64,000 nucleotides of DNA from Candidatus Scatosoma sp. (GTDB taxonomy: Bacteria; Bacillota; Clostridia; Christensenellales; Borkfalkiaceae): NCBI GenBank assembly GCA_045632265.1, contig JAZQWG010000003.1:2511-66510 (forward strand), given 5' to 3'. Under the pieces are notes generated by a model, which saw only the letters and a list, made by a program, of their open reading frames with translations, had not been told where the DNA came from and ran no database searches. The stretch's first letter is position 1. Each line of letters begins with the position of its first letter. A program made the position numbers and the translations under genes. Shown here piece by piece: positions 53,377 to 62,268 of this stretch.

Positions 53377-54834
53377 TTAAATAATGCGGAAGCTTTCGCT
53401 TAAAACGCAACGACGGAATCTCGTAAAGCTACGTGCGCTGGTCAAGCCTTCGCCCGTAGGACCTGCGATCGTGAACGTCGTGTGTCCTTCTCCGCCGAAA
53501 CCGATACCTGCATACGAAGGTGCATTCTTAACGAAAATCGTCGTTTCCACCGCGCGAGCAAATCTCGTCAAGTGGTCGATGTTCTTCGAGTGCATGTGCG
53601 CCGTATGTCTATTACCGTGTTCCGCTTTAACCGCCAAGTCGATTGCTTGATCGATGTCGTTTACACGCACGATAGGCAAAATCGGCATCATGAGTTCTTC
53701 TTGAACGAAGGGATGATCGAAACCCGTTTCGCAAATGATACAACGGATGTTTCCGCCTACCTTTACGCCGATTTTATCGAGCAACACCGCCGCGTCGCGA
53801 CCAACACAATCACGGCTGATCGTCTTCTTCACGATACCCGTCTTAGGGTTTTTGCTGTCAACGAGTACGATATTAGCAAGTTTGCTTGCTTGTTCAGCCG
53901 TAATCAAATACGCGCCGTTCTTTTGCATTTCGGCAATAAGTTGATCTGCAATGTTCTTAAATGCAAACACTTCTTTTTCCGCAATACAAGGCAAGTTGTT
54001 GTCAAACGTACAACCGTCGATGATGTCTTTTGCTGCTTTGGGAATATTCGCCGTGTCGTCTACGATTACGGGAGGGTTACCCGCACCTGCGCCGATGGCT
54101 TTCTTTCCGCTGGAAAGCACGCTTCTAACAACCCCAGGGCCGCCCGTACATACGAGCAAACGGATGTTGGGGTGTTTATACATGATTTGAGCCGTGTCCA
54201 ACGTGGGTTTAACCACGGATGCAACGAGGACGTTAGGGCCGCCTGCCATTGCACTTGCGCGGTTGATTAAGTCTACCGCGTAGTTGGACGTCGAGATTGC
54301 GTTGGGGTGGGGGTTGAATACCACGCCGTTGCCTGCCGCAATCATACCGATACTATTACAAATTACCGTTTCCGAAGGATTGGTGCTGGGGGTGATGCTG
54401 CCCACAACGCCGAAAGGCGCCATTTCCGTGAGCGTAAGACCGTAGTCCCCCGTCTTTACTTGTGCGACGATGTCAGCCGTGCCAGGCGTTTTGTCCGCAA
54501 CGAGCATGTGTTTTGCCGTTTTGTGTTCGACACGACCCATCTTCGTTTCCGCTACGCCGAGTGCCGCCATGATCGGAGCTTCTTTACGGCACAAATCACG
54601 GATATTTGCGATAACTTTTTCTCTTTCTTCCAACGACATAGCGCGGATTGCTTTATAACCAGCAGTCGCTGCATCGATGGCGTCGTTCATATCCGCGTAA
54701 ATACCGATGAGCTTACGACCATTGTACTGCGTCGAATCCCAATCGTTTCTTACGGTGGAAGCTGCGCCGCCGAGATTTTTAATCACTTGCGCGATTACTT
54801 TCTCGATTTGGGCTTCCGTCCAATTGATTGCCAT
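53377..54834 (-). CDS. CoA-acylating aldehyde dehydrogenase (PduP/EutE-like) with N-terminal encapsulation peptide
   Basis: 485 aa in the ALDH superfamily. Its catalytic region contains DNNLPCIAEKE. The N-terminus is TEAQIEKVIAQVIKNLGGA. Confidence 0.8.
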   Translation of the reverse strand: MAINWTEAQIEKVIAQVIKNLGGAASTVRNDWDSTQYNGRKLIGIYADMNDAIDAATAGYKAIRAMSLEEREKVIANIRDLCRKEAPIMAALGVAETKMGRVEHKTAKHMLVADKTPGTADIVAQVKTGDYGLTLTEMAPFGVVGSITPSTNPSETVICNSIGMIAAGNGVVFNPHPNAISTSNYAVDLINRASAMAGGPNVLVASVVKPTLDTAQIMYKHPNIRLLVCTGGPGVVRSVLSSGKKAIGAGAGNPPVIVDDTANIPKAAKDIIDGCTFDNNLPCIAEKEVFAFKNIADQLIAEMQKNGAYLITAEQASKLANIVLVDSKNPKTGIVKKTISRDCVGRDAAVLLDKIGVKVGGNIRCIICETGFDHPFVQEELMMPILPIVRVNDIDQAIDLAVKAEHGNRHTAHMHSKNIDHLTRFARAVETTIFVKNAPSYAGIGFGGEGHTTFTIAGPTGEGLTSARSFTRFRRCVLSESFRII

Positions 54835-54892
54835 AGCTGTTTCTCCTTTTTAGACTATATGGATGAGTTTACGCTCTCGCGTAAAATATCAA

Positions 54893-55642
54893 TTATTTGC
54901 CAAGTGCTGCAAGAACTTTCTTCGTGATAGCTTCAACGAGGTCAGCATTTGCACCGCAACCGCAGGATTCTTCTTCGCATTCGATACCAGGGTGACGGCC
55001 GGGCAAGTTCATCTTCTTTCTCAAATCCATAAGCTTCTTGAGTTGGTCGCAGGAAATTTCGTGAACTGCGCCAAGGTCCATAGCGTGCTTGCAAATAACT
55101 GCGTTGAATTCTACTTCTTCCATAACGAAGAACGCTTTGGTAAGGTTGCAACCAACCGTCAAAGCACCGTGGTTACGAAGCAAGAACGCGTCGTGGTTTT
55201 GAAGGTACGGATCGAGCGAATCGGGAATTTCCATCGTGGAGGGAGTACCGTAGTCGCAGGTGGGAACAGCGCCGATCGTCAAAACCGCTTCGGGAAGCAC
55301 GTATTGATCAAGGTCGATGTCTGCAACGGTGAACGCCGTAGCAACGGGAGGGTGTGCGTGCACAACTGCCGTAACGTCGGGACGTTCGCGATATACTCTC
55401 ATGTGCATTTTGATTTCGGAAGAAGGATTGAGTTTACCTTCCAACTTCTTACCGTTCTTGTCAACCTTGATAATCATATCAGGCGTCAAGGATGCTTTGG
55501 ATACGCCCGTAGGGGTGCAGTAGAATTCGTTATCGCTAATCTTAACGGAAATATTACCGTCGTTTGCAGCAACGAAACCTTTTTGCCAAAGTTTAAGACC
55601 TACTTCGCAAATTTCTTTCTTAATCTCGAATGGGGATTTCAT
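54893..55642 (-). CDS. Class II aldolase (L-fuculose/rhamnulose-1-phosphate aldolase type) with C-terminal encapsulation peptide
   Basis: 249 aa. It contains GNISVK...VVHAHPP...LLRNHG. The C-terminal extension is EEESCGCGANADLVEAITKKVLAALGK. Confidence 0.8.
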   Translation of the reverse strand: MKSPFEIKKEICEVGLKLWQKGFVAANDGNISVKISDNEFYCTPTGVSKASLTPDMIIKVDKNGKKLEGKLNPSSEIKMHMRVYRERPDVTAVVHAHPPVATAFTVADIDLDQYVLPEAVLTIGAVPTCDYGTPSTMEIPDSLDPYLQNHDAFLLRNHGALTVGCNLTKAFFVMEEVEFNAVICKHAMDLGAVHEISCDQLKKLMDLRKKMNLPGRHPGIECEEESCGCGANADLVEAITKKVLAALGK

Positions 55643-55671
55643 ATTAGTTCTCCTTTTCTATATATATTTTT

Positions 55672-56862
55672 TTATTTTGTCAAATTTTGAGTGTCGAGAG
55701 CAATCATATACTCTTCGTTGGTGGGGATAACGTAGGTTTTTACCTTCGCACCCTTTGCGCTGATGTCTGCATCTTCGCCGCGAGGACAGGTGTTGTTGAT
55801 TTCTTTATCAATTTCAACGCCAAGCCAGTCAAGCCCGTCGCAAACCTTTTCTCTAAGTTCTCTATCGTTTTCGCCGATACCCGCCGTGAATACCAAAGCA
55901 TCCACACCGTTCATTTCAGCGATGTACGAGCCGATAATCTTTTTGATGTTATGTACCAAAATCTTAAGGGCAAGTTGTGCACGAGCGTTGCCTTCCGCCG
56001 CCGCGTTGCTTACGTCACGGCAGTCACTGGAAATACCCGATACACCGAGCAAGCCCGATTTATTGTTGAGCACTTTTTCCACTTCTTCCGCCGAGATGCC
56101 CTTCTTTTTCATAATGTACATAGGCACCGTGGGATCGAGCGCGCCGCTACGCGTGCCCATGGGTACGCCGTCTTGGGGCGTGAAGCCCATCGACGTATCA
56201 ATTGCCTTGCCGTTTACCGTCGCCGTAATGGACGAGCCGTTGCCAAGGTGGCAAGTGATAATTTTCGCATCTTTGTTTCCAAGCATTTCCGCAGCTTTTG
56301 CCGCAACGTATCTATGCGACGTGCCGTGGAAGCCGTAACGACGAATCTTGTATTCTTCATACAATTCGTAAGGGATAGGATATACGTACGCTTCTTCTTT
56401 CATGTTGGAATAGTACGACGTATCGAATACACCTACGTGTTTGATGTCGGGCATAACTTCCTTACAAGCCTTGAAACCGCTGATTGCGGGAGGACCGTGC
56501 AAGGGGTTAAGTTCGCAAATGCTTTCCAAATACTTGATTTCGTCTTCGCCGAGCACTGCCGATGCGCGGAGTTTTTCGCCGCCATGCGCAAATCTGTGCC
56601 CTACTGCCGCAATTTCCTTTACGCTGCCGATTACGCCAAGCTTTTCATCGGTGAGCAAGCCGAGCACGCATTCGATTGCGGCACGGTGGTTGGGGAAATC
56701 TGCCGAAGTTTTGTAATCCGCTTTGCCAGGGCATTTATGCGTGACCACGCCGTCAATGCCGATTCTTTCGCAGTTGCCCTTTGCTATCGCCGTATTCGTT
56801 TCCATATCAAAAAGTTGATATTTAAGCGAAGAGCTACCTGCATTTACAACCAAAATCTTCAC
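55672..56862 (-). CDS. Acetate/propionate kinase
   Basis: 396 aa. It contains MKILVVNAGSSSLKYQLF...GFHGTSH...TAGIGEN. Confidence 0.9.
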   Translation of the reverse strand: MKILVVNAGSSSLKYQLFDMETNTAIAKGNCERIGIDGVVTHKCPGKADYKTSADFPNHRAAIECVLGLLTDEKLGVIGSVKEIAAVGHRFAHGGEKLRASAVLGEDEIKYLESICELNPLHGPPAISGFKACKEVMPDIKHVGVFDTSYYSNMKEEAYVYPIPYELYEEYKIRRYGFHGTSHRYVAAKAAEMLGNKDAKIITCHLGNGSSITATVNGKAIDTSMGFTPQDGVPMGTRSGALDPTVPMYIMKKKGISAEEVEKVLNNKSGLLGVSGISSDCRDVSNAAAEGNARAQLALKILVHNIKKIIGSYIAEMNGVDALVFTAGIGENDRELREKVCDGLDWLGVEIDKEINNTCPRGEDADISAKGAKVKTYVIPTNEEYMIALDTQNLTK

Positions 56863-56865
56863 GTC

Positions 56866-58110
56866 TTAACCTCTCTTTGCAATTACTTCTTTTTCAAATT
56901 TTTCTACTTCTTCCCACCAGTCTTCGGAAAGTCCTTGGCGAGCAAGATATTCGTTCCAAACGTCTACAAACGGGAGATATTTAACTCTTTCGTGCATGTA
57001 GAACACTTTGGTATAATTGCCTTCGTCTTGCAATTTCTTCATTTCCGCATACGGTTGCAAAATTGCGGAAAGGAGCGCTTTTTGCATCGAGCGTACACCC
57101 GTAACCCAAGCGCACAAACGGTTGATAGAAGCATCGAAATAGTCGAGCGCTACAACCACTTTATCGTCCGCGTCGTTGCGGATAATTTCTTTGGAAAGTT
57201 CTTTAAGTTCGTCGTCCACTACGATTACGTGGTCGCTATCCCATCTAACGGGACGGGAAACGTGGAGTTGCACTTTATCATAGAAAGCAAGCATCGAAGG
57301 AATCTTATCGGAAACGACTTCCGTGGGATGATAGTGACCCGTATCGAGCAAGCAGCAGATGCCGCGCGTAGCTGCGTAGTTTTGATAGAATTCGTTGCTG
57401 CCCACCGTGTAGCTTTCTACGCCGATACCAAATACTTTGCTTTCAACTGCGGGGATAACCCATTCCTTATCGTAACCTTCAAGCACTTCGTCCAACGATT
57501 TCTTCAAACGAAGACGGGGGCCAAGTCTATCAGCGGGGATATCTTTCGTGCCGTCGGGTACCCAAAGGTTTACGCAGCAAGGGCTGCCCATTGCTTTACC
57601 GATTTCAGCGGCAATCTTCATACAAGCTTTACCGTGGTTTACCCAGAATTTTCTTACGTTTTCATCGGGGGAAGAAAGGGACAAGCCGTCTTTCATCATC
57701 GGGTGAGAGAACCACGTGGGGTTGAAGTCAACGCCTTCCAAGCCCGTTTCTTTCGCCCATTTAACCCAAGGTTCAAAATGCTTATATTCGTACGCATCTC
57801 TATCAACCTTGCCTTTATCTTCGCCAAGGAGCGCATAGCAAGCGTGCACGTTTACTCTCTTCTTACCGGGCATCAATTTGAAAGCCGTCGTAAGGTCTGC
57901 AAAGAGTTCTTCGGGCGTTCTTGCTCTACCGGGGTAATTACCCGTCGTTTGGATACCACCGGAAAGGGAATCGCTACCGTCGAAACCGATAACGTCGTCA
58001 CCTTGCCAGCAATGTACGCTTACGGAAAGTTTTGCAAGTCTTTCCATTGCTGCTTCGGTGTCAATACCAAATTGCGCATAAATCTTTTTTGCTTCTTCGT
58101 ATCTGGACAT
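56866..58110 (-). CDS. rhaA: L-rhamnose isomerase
   Basis: 414 aa. It contains VSVHCWQGDDVIGF, GGIQTTGNYPGRART and HVSRPVRWDSDHV, which closely parallel E. coli RhaA as recalled. Confidence 0.9.
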   Translation of the reverse strand: MSRYEEAKKIYAQFGIDTEAAMERLAKLSVSVHCWQGDDVIGFDGSDSLSGGIQTTGNYPGRARTPEELFADLTTAFKLMPGKKRVNVHACYALLGEDKGKVDRDAYEYKHFEPWVKWAKETGLEGVDFNPTWFSHPMMKDGLSLSSPDENVRKFWVNHGKACMKIAAEIGKAMGSPCCVNLWVPDGTKDIPADRLGPRLRLKKSLDEVLEGYDKEWVIPAVESKVFGIGVESYTVGSNEFYQNYAATRGICCLLDTGHYHPTEVVSDKIPSMLAFYDKVQLHVSRPVRWDSDHVIVVDDELKELSKEIIRNDADDKVVVALDYFDASINRLCAWVTGVRSMQKALLSAILQPYAEMKKLQDEGNYTKVFYMHERVKYLPFVDVWNEYLARQGLSEDWWEEVEKFEKEVIAKRG

Positions 58111-58157
58111 ATATAACTCCTTAAAAATAATTTTCTTTTATGTTTTTTCGCCCACAC

Positions 58158-59540
58158 TTACACTTCGTAAATGTCAAACGAATTTTTAATGATTTCTCTA
58201 CCCGCTTTTACGTCGGCAACATCGCCCGCACCAACCATTTGCATCATCAAGTTGCCAAGCGCCGTGCCTTCCGCAGGACCTGCGATAACTTTCTTGCCCG
58301 TGTGTTCTTTCGTCAAGGCGTTCAAAAGTTTGTTTTGACTGCCGCCGCCGATGATGTTAAGCGTTTCGTACTTTTCGCCCGTCACTTCTTCCAAAGCCTT
58401 CAACGATTCGTCGTAGCAAATCGCCAAGTTCTTGTAAACCACGTACGCCATTTCGCCAACCGAAAGTTCTCTGCCCGCCGCCGCGTTGATCGCCGCAATC
58501 ATGCTCTTGGGAGCGAAGAAGGATTGATCGTTTACGTTGATTTTGATATCTACGGGGTTTGCTTTTGCCATTTCAGCAAGTTGTACGAAGCTGTACTTAT
58601 CGTCCAACTCGTGACGAACTTGTTGAATCATCCAAAGCCCCATGATGTTGATTTGGAAGCGGAAGCTCTTGTTTACGCTGCCTTCGTTGGAATAGCCAAC
58701 TTCCATTGCAGACTTGTCGTTGTGCGCTACGTTTTGTTCTACGCCGAGAAGCGACCAAGTACCACTCGAAATATACGGGGTTTGTCCCGAAAGCGGAGCT
58801 GCCAAAACGGCGCTTGCCGTGTCGTGCGTTGCGGGCAACATTACGATTGCCTTATAACCTACGAACGCCGCTACTTCGTCGGAAAGTTCGCCAACCACGC
58901 TGCCGGGTTGCGTAAGTTCGCCGAAGAGTTCTTTCTTATAGCCAAGCTTTTCGATGATTTCTTCATCCCATTCGTGGGTAATCGTGTTGACCATACCCGT
59001 CGTCGTTGCGTTGGTGTATTCTTGCTTCTTCACGCCCGTCAAACGGAAGTTGAAATAATCGGGAAGCATCAACATCGATTTCGCCTTGTCCATACGTCCC
59101 GTTTCCAAATCGTGATAGAATTGATAAACGCTGTTGAACGTGGAAATTTGAATGCCCGTCTTTGCATACAATTCTTCAAAAGGAATGATTGCGTGAACCT
59201 TGTCCATCGTATCTTCCGTTCTCGAATCACGGTAGCAGTACACCCCGCCGATTGCCTTGTCGTTTTCGTCGAGAAGTGCGTAGTCAACGCCCCACGTGTC
59301 GATGCCGATTGCATAGGGAACTTTGCCAAGCTCGCCTGCTTTTTTCAAACCGTTAAGAATTTCCGTAAACAAGCGTTCGGGTTCCCAAACGAGATGTTCT
59401 TTGCCGTCGTAGGCAATTTGGTTTACGGGGCCGTTTTGGAAACGATACACTTCTTCAGTAATCATTTTGCCATTTTCAAGGTGCGCAACAATGTGTCTAC
59501 CAGAAGATGCGCCGATGTCGATTGCAAGATAGTATTTCAT
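58158..59540 (-). CDS. rhaB: Rhamnulokinase (FGGY family)
   Basis: 460 aa. It contains YLAIDIGASSGRHIV...YRFQNG...GIDTWGVDY. Confidence 0.85.
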   Translation of the reverse strand: MKYYLAIDIGASSGRHIVAHLENGKMITEEVYRFQNGPVNQIAYDGKEHLVWEPERLFTEILNGLKKAGELGKVPYAIGIDTWGVDYALLDENDKAIGGVYCYRDSRTEDTMDKVHAIIPFEELYAKTGIQISTFNSVYQFYHDLETGRMDKAKSMLMLPDYFNFRLTGVKKQEYTNATTTGMVNTITHEWDEEIIEKLGYKKELFGELTQPGSVVGELSDEVAAFVGYKAIVMLPATHDTASAVLAAPLSGQTPYISSGTWSLLGVEQNVAHNDKSAMEVGYSNEGSVNKSFRFQINIMGLWMIQQVRHELDDKYSFVQLAEMAKANPVDIKINVNDQSFFAPKSMIAAINAAAGRELSVGEMAYVVYKNLAICYDESLKALEEVTGEKYETLNIIGGGSQNKLLNALTKEHTGKKVIAGPAEGTALGNLMMQMVGAGDVADVKAGREIIKNSFDIYEV

Positions 59541-59582
59541 GCTTACTCCTTTGCTGTTCGGCTGTGAAAGTGCGAATTTTTA

Positions 59583-59598
59583 TGTTCGTTTGTGTTCA
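59583..59598. promoter_or_regulatory. Operator half of an inverted 16-bp pair (TGTTCGTTTGTGTTCA)
   Basis: The reverse complement of 59704-59719 (TGTTCGTTTATGTTCA) matches at 15/16. A related TGTTCGGCTGTGAA lies at 59555-59568. Confidence 0.55.
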
Positions 59599-59673
59599 CT
59601 TTCAAACCGACATTTTTTGCTTCGGATATATTATATCATACTTTTTTATTTTTGTCTATATATGTGCGAAAGA

Positions 59674-59702
59674 TTGACAAAAAAATTTTTTTATGCTACA
59701 AT
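59674..59702 (+). promoter_or_regulatory. Promoter of the DeoR regulator gene
   Basis: TTGACA (59674-59679), 17 nt, TACAAT (59697-59702). Confidence 0.6.
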
Positions 59703-59703
59703 A

Positions 59704-59719
59704 TGAACATAAACGAACA
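59704..59719. promoter_or_regulatory. Operator (TGAACATAAACGAACA) immediately downstream of the -10 box
   Basis: This is the inverted partner of 59583-59598. A further TGAACAAAAATCACACA lies at 59724-59740. Confidence 0.55.
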
Positions 59720-59774
59720 AAAATGAACAAAAATCACACATTTTTCGAGTATTTTTTCGTGAAAGGAGGCAAAT

Positions 59775-60512
59775 ATGGCATTAAACGAACGCCAAAACGA
59801 GATTTTGCGCATTTTGAAAGAGAAAAAAAAGGCAAACGTAAACGACCTTGCCCAGCTTTTTTACGTGAGTGAAGCGACCATTCGTCGCGACCTTACGGAG
59901 ATGCACGGCATGGGGCTTGTAGAGCGCAGCCACGGGGGCGCGTTGCTACCCGAAAACAGCGAAGAAATTTCCATCTTTTTCCGTATGGAAAAAAACGCGC
60001 AAGAAAAGGAACGTGCAGCCACCAAAGCGTTGCCCTATATCCCCCCTTTCAAGTCCGTTTTCATCGACAGTTCTTCCACCGTTTTGGCGCTTGCCGAACG
60101 CATGGATTTTAGCCATAAAACGGTTGTCACCAACAACTTGCAAACGGCAATTCAGCTGTCTAAAAAGCCCAACGTCACGCTTGTTATGCTTGGGGGTATG
60201 GTGCAGTATAACACCATTTCCACAACGGGAAGCTGGACGGCAAGACTGCTTGACGATTTCAAGTTTGATTTGATGATTTCTTCGTGCGCAGCCGTCGTTG
60301 ACGGGTACGCATACGAACGCTCGCTCGACCAAAAAGAGATTAAACTCGCAGCGTTTGAACGCTCGCAAAAGCGCATACTTCTCATTGACAGCACCAAGTT
60401 TGGCGCACACGGTTCCTACCGCCTTACGTCGCTCGATTCGTACGATTTCGTCGTCACCGATGCACAACCGCCCAAAGATTTGGAAGAAAAAAATATTAAA
60501 TTCATCTATTAA
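59775..60512 (+). CDS. DeoR-family transcriptional regulator
   Basis: 245 aa. It has an N-terminal HTH RQNEILRILKEKKKANVNDLAQLFYVSEATIRRDL and a C-terminal DeoR sugar-phosphate sensor domain. It is divergent from rhaB. Confidence 0.85.
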   Translation: MALNERQNEILRILKEKKKANVNDLAQLFYVSEATIRRDLTEMHGMGLVERSHGGALLPENSEEISIFFRMEKNAQEKERAATKALPYIPPFKSVFIDSSSTVLALAERMDFSHKTVVTNNLQTAIQLSKKPNVTLVMLGGMVQYNTISTTGSWTARLLDDFKFDLMISSCAAVVDGYAYERSLDQKEIKLAAFERSQKRILLIDSTKFGAHGSYRLTSLDSYDFVVTDAQPPKDLEEKNIKFIY

Positions 60513-60539
60513 ATTTGTCAAAAATTTTTCTATAAACCC

Positions 60540-60568
60540 TTGCATTATTCGTTGGGTTATACTATAAT
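60540..60568 (+). promoter_or_regulatory. Promoter of the PHP-domain gene
   Basis: TTGCAT, 17 nt, TATAAT. AAGGAG RBS at 60575-60580. Confidence 0.5.
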
Positions 60569-60590
60569 AGAGCCAAGGAGAATTGAAACT

Positions 60591-61340
60591 ATGATACAAG
60601 ATTTACACGCGCACACCTATTATTCGTTTTGCAGCAACGATAAACCTGAAAAGGTTATTGAAGCGGCAATCAACAGCGGCGTGCAACAACTTGGGATATG
60701 CGACCACAACTACGGAATCGGCTGCGCAAGAAGAGATTTTTGCTTTGGCAAAGGGGCAAGACGAGATGCCGATTATGGGAGAACGTTAGAACGTTATTTC
60801 GACCATATCGACACGCTTCGTAAACTTTATAAAAACAAAATTACCATACTTCGCGGCATTGAAATTTGCACGATTATGTCGGGGGATAGCTATGCTATGC
60901 CTGAAAAAGCGGACGTGTCTTTCTTTGATTATTGCTTGATTGAACACTTGACCGAGCCCACCTCCTTTATGAAAGGCGACCTTTTCCCCTATGCTGAAAA
61001 AATGGGCTGCACGACGGGCGTTGCGCACACCGATTTGTTCGCGCATATTAAGTCGCTCGGCGAAGACCCCTATCGCTATTTCAAGAAGATGGCGGAACGT
61101 GGAATTTTTTGGGAAATGAACGTCAATTTGGACAGCCTTCACGGGTATAGAACACACGACTACGTGACCGAATTTTTGAAGAACAAAGAACAACAAGAAA
61201 TCGTCAAAAAATCGGGCGTAAAATTGTCGGTTGGCTTTGACGGACACATCGTCAAGGAATACAAACCCGATCGTGTTAAAATGGCATGCAAGCGTATTCA
61301 AGACATGGGTATTCGCCTTGTGTTTGAAGGCAGACTGTAA
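60591..61340 (+). CDS. PHP-domain metal-dependent phosphoesterase (histidinol-phosphatase-like)
   Basis: ATG 60591 follows AAGGAG, whereas the track starts at 60540. It contains DLHAHTYYS...ICDHN...GVAHTD. Confidence 0.7.
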   Translation: MIQDLHAHTYYSFCSNDKPEKVIEAAINSGVQQLGICDHNYGIGCARRDFCFGKGARRDADYGRTLERYFDHIDTLRKLYKNKITILRGIEICTIMSGDSYAMPEKADVSFFDYCLIEHLTEPTSFMKGDLFPYAEKMGCTTGVAHTDLFAHIKSLGEDPYRYFKKMAERGIFWEMNVNLDSLHGYRTHDYVTEFLKNKEQQEIVKKSGVKLSVGFDGHIVKEYKPDRVKMACKRIQDMGIRLVFEGRL

Positions 61341-61387
61341 AAAAGATTGCCACGCCTAAGGGCTCGCAATGACAACAAAAAAATGAA

Positions 61388-61416
61388 GCGGAGCGTTGAA
61401 AAACGCTCCGCTTTTT
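61388..61416. terminator. Bidirectional terminator hairpin, copy 1 of a reused sequence
   Basis: Stem GCGGAGCGTT/AACGCTCCGC flanked by A- and T-runs. The same stem occurs at 62269-62293. Confidence 0.75.
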
Positions 61417-61418
61417 AT

Positions 61419-61928
61419 TTATTCTTTCGCTAAAATCCTAGAAATTCTAAGCATAGTTACCCTATCGCGCAGTATTGGATTTTCTAAAACGTTTTGCCAA
61501 TTCCCCGCGCTTTTTATCAAGATTTCGTTCTTTCCCTTTCGCTCGTTTTCTTCTCTTCCCTTTTGCAATTTCTCGCGATAATTCCCGCTTAAGCTTTGCT
61601 CAAAAGAGCGAAATTCCAACGTATTTTCCATTAAAAAATCGTATAGAATAGGATTCATCATCACGTTGCTTAGGAAGTTCCCTAACGCCCTTTCAAAACC
61701 CGCCTTTTCATTGGCGCAAAAAAGAACCCCTAAAAATAAACGGATGTAAAAATCGTCCAATTCTTTCCGTATCTCGCCTTCCCCTTTCTCGATTAAAAAC
61801 CGCTCGTTTCTCTCTAAAAAATCTTGCTCCGCCACCGCAACTAGACTCTTGACTTTCCCAAAGGTATAAGGAATTTCACGCGCGTATTTTTCCCTTATTT
61901 CCGCCGTTATCCCTTGTAAATCTACCAT
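61419..61928 (-). CDS. Hypothetical all-helical protein, divergent partner of the XRE regulator
   Basis: Roughly 170-179 aa with an uncertain start (ATG 61928 or TTG 61958). No recognisable motif was found. Confidence 0.5.
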   Translation of the reverse strand: MVDLQGITAEIREKYAREIPYTFGKVKSLVAVAEQDFLERNERFLIEKGEGEIRKELDDFYIRLFLGVLFCANEKAGFERALGNFLSNVMMNPILYDFLMENTLEFRSFEQSLSGNYREKLQKGREENERKGKNEILIKSAGNWQNVLENPILRDRVTMLRISRILAKE

Positions 61929-61967
61929 TTTAACCCCGCATTTTTTATTTCTTAACAATATTTTACA

Positions 61968-62010
61968 AGAAGATTTCTTCTATGTCAAGCATTTTAAGAA
62001 GTTTTCTTCT
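61968..62010. promoter_or_regulatory. Two AGAAG-N-CTTCT palindromes in the 63-bp divergent region
   Basis: AGAAGATTTCTTCT lies at 61968-61981 and AGAAGTTTTCTTCT at 61997-62010. The second abuts TATAAT (62010-62015). Confidence 0.5.
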
Positions 62011-62021
62011 ATAATAAAGAT

Positions 62022-62222
62022 ATGAAAATCGGCGAAAGAATTAAAGAATTAAGAACTGAAAAAGGGTTTTCTCAAATGCAACTTGCGAAACTGATTGGCG
62101 TGAGCCAAAAGGCGATTGATTATTGGGAAAGAAGCATTAACGAGCCAAAGGCAAGTTATATTATCGAACTCGTAAAGACGTTTGATATTACTTTCGACGA
62201 GTTTTTTGCGGACGTAAAATAA
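62022..62222 (+). CDS. XRE-family helix-turn-helix regulator
   Basis: 66 aa. It contains IKELRTEKGFSQMQLAKLIGVSQKAIDYWE. Confidence 0.85.
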   Translation: MKIGERIKELRTEKGFSQMQLAKLIGVSQKAIDYWERSINEPKASYIIELVKTFDITFDEFFADVK

Positions 62223-62252
62223 AGCCACGATTATACAATCGTGGCTTTTTTC
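62223..62252 (+). terminator. Rho-independent terminator after the XRE gene
   Basis: Stem AGCCACGATT/AATCGTGGCT followed by TTTTTT. Confidence 0.75.
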
Positions 62253-62268
62253 GTAGAGTTTTATAAAA

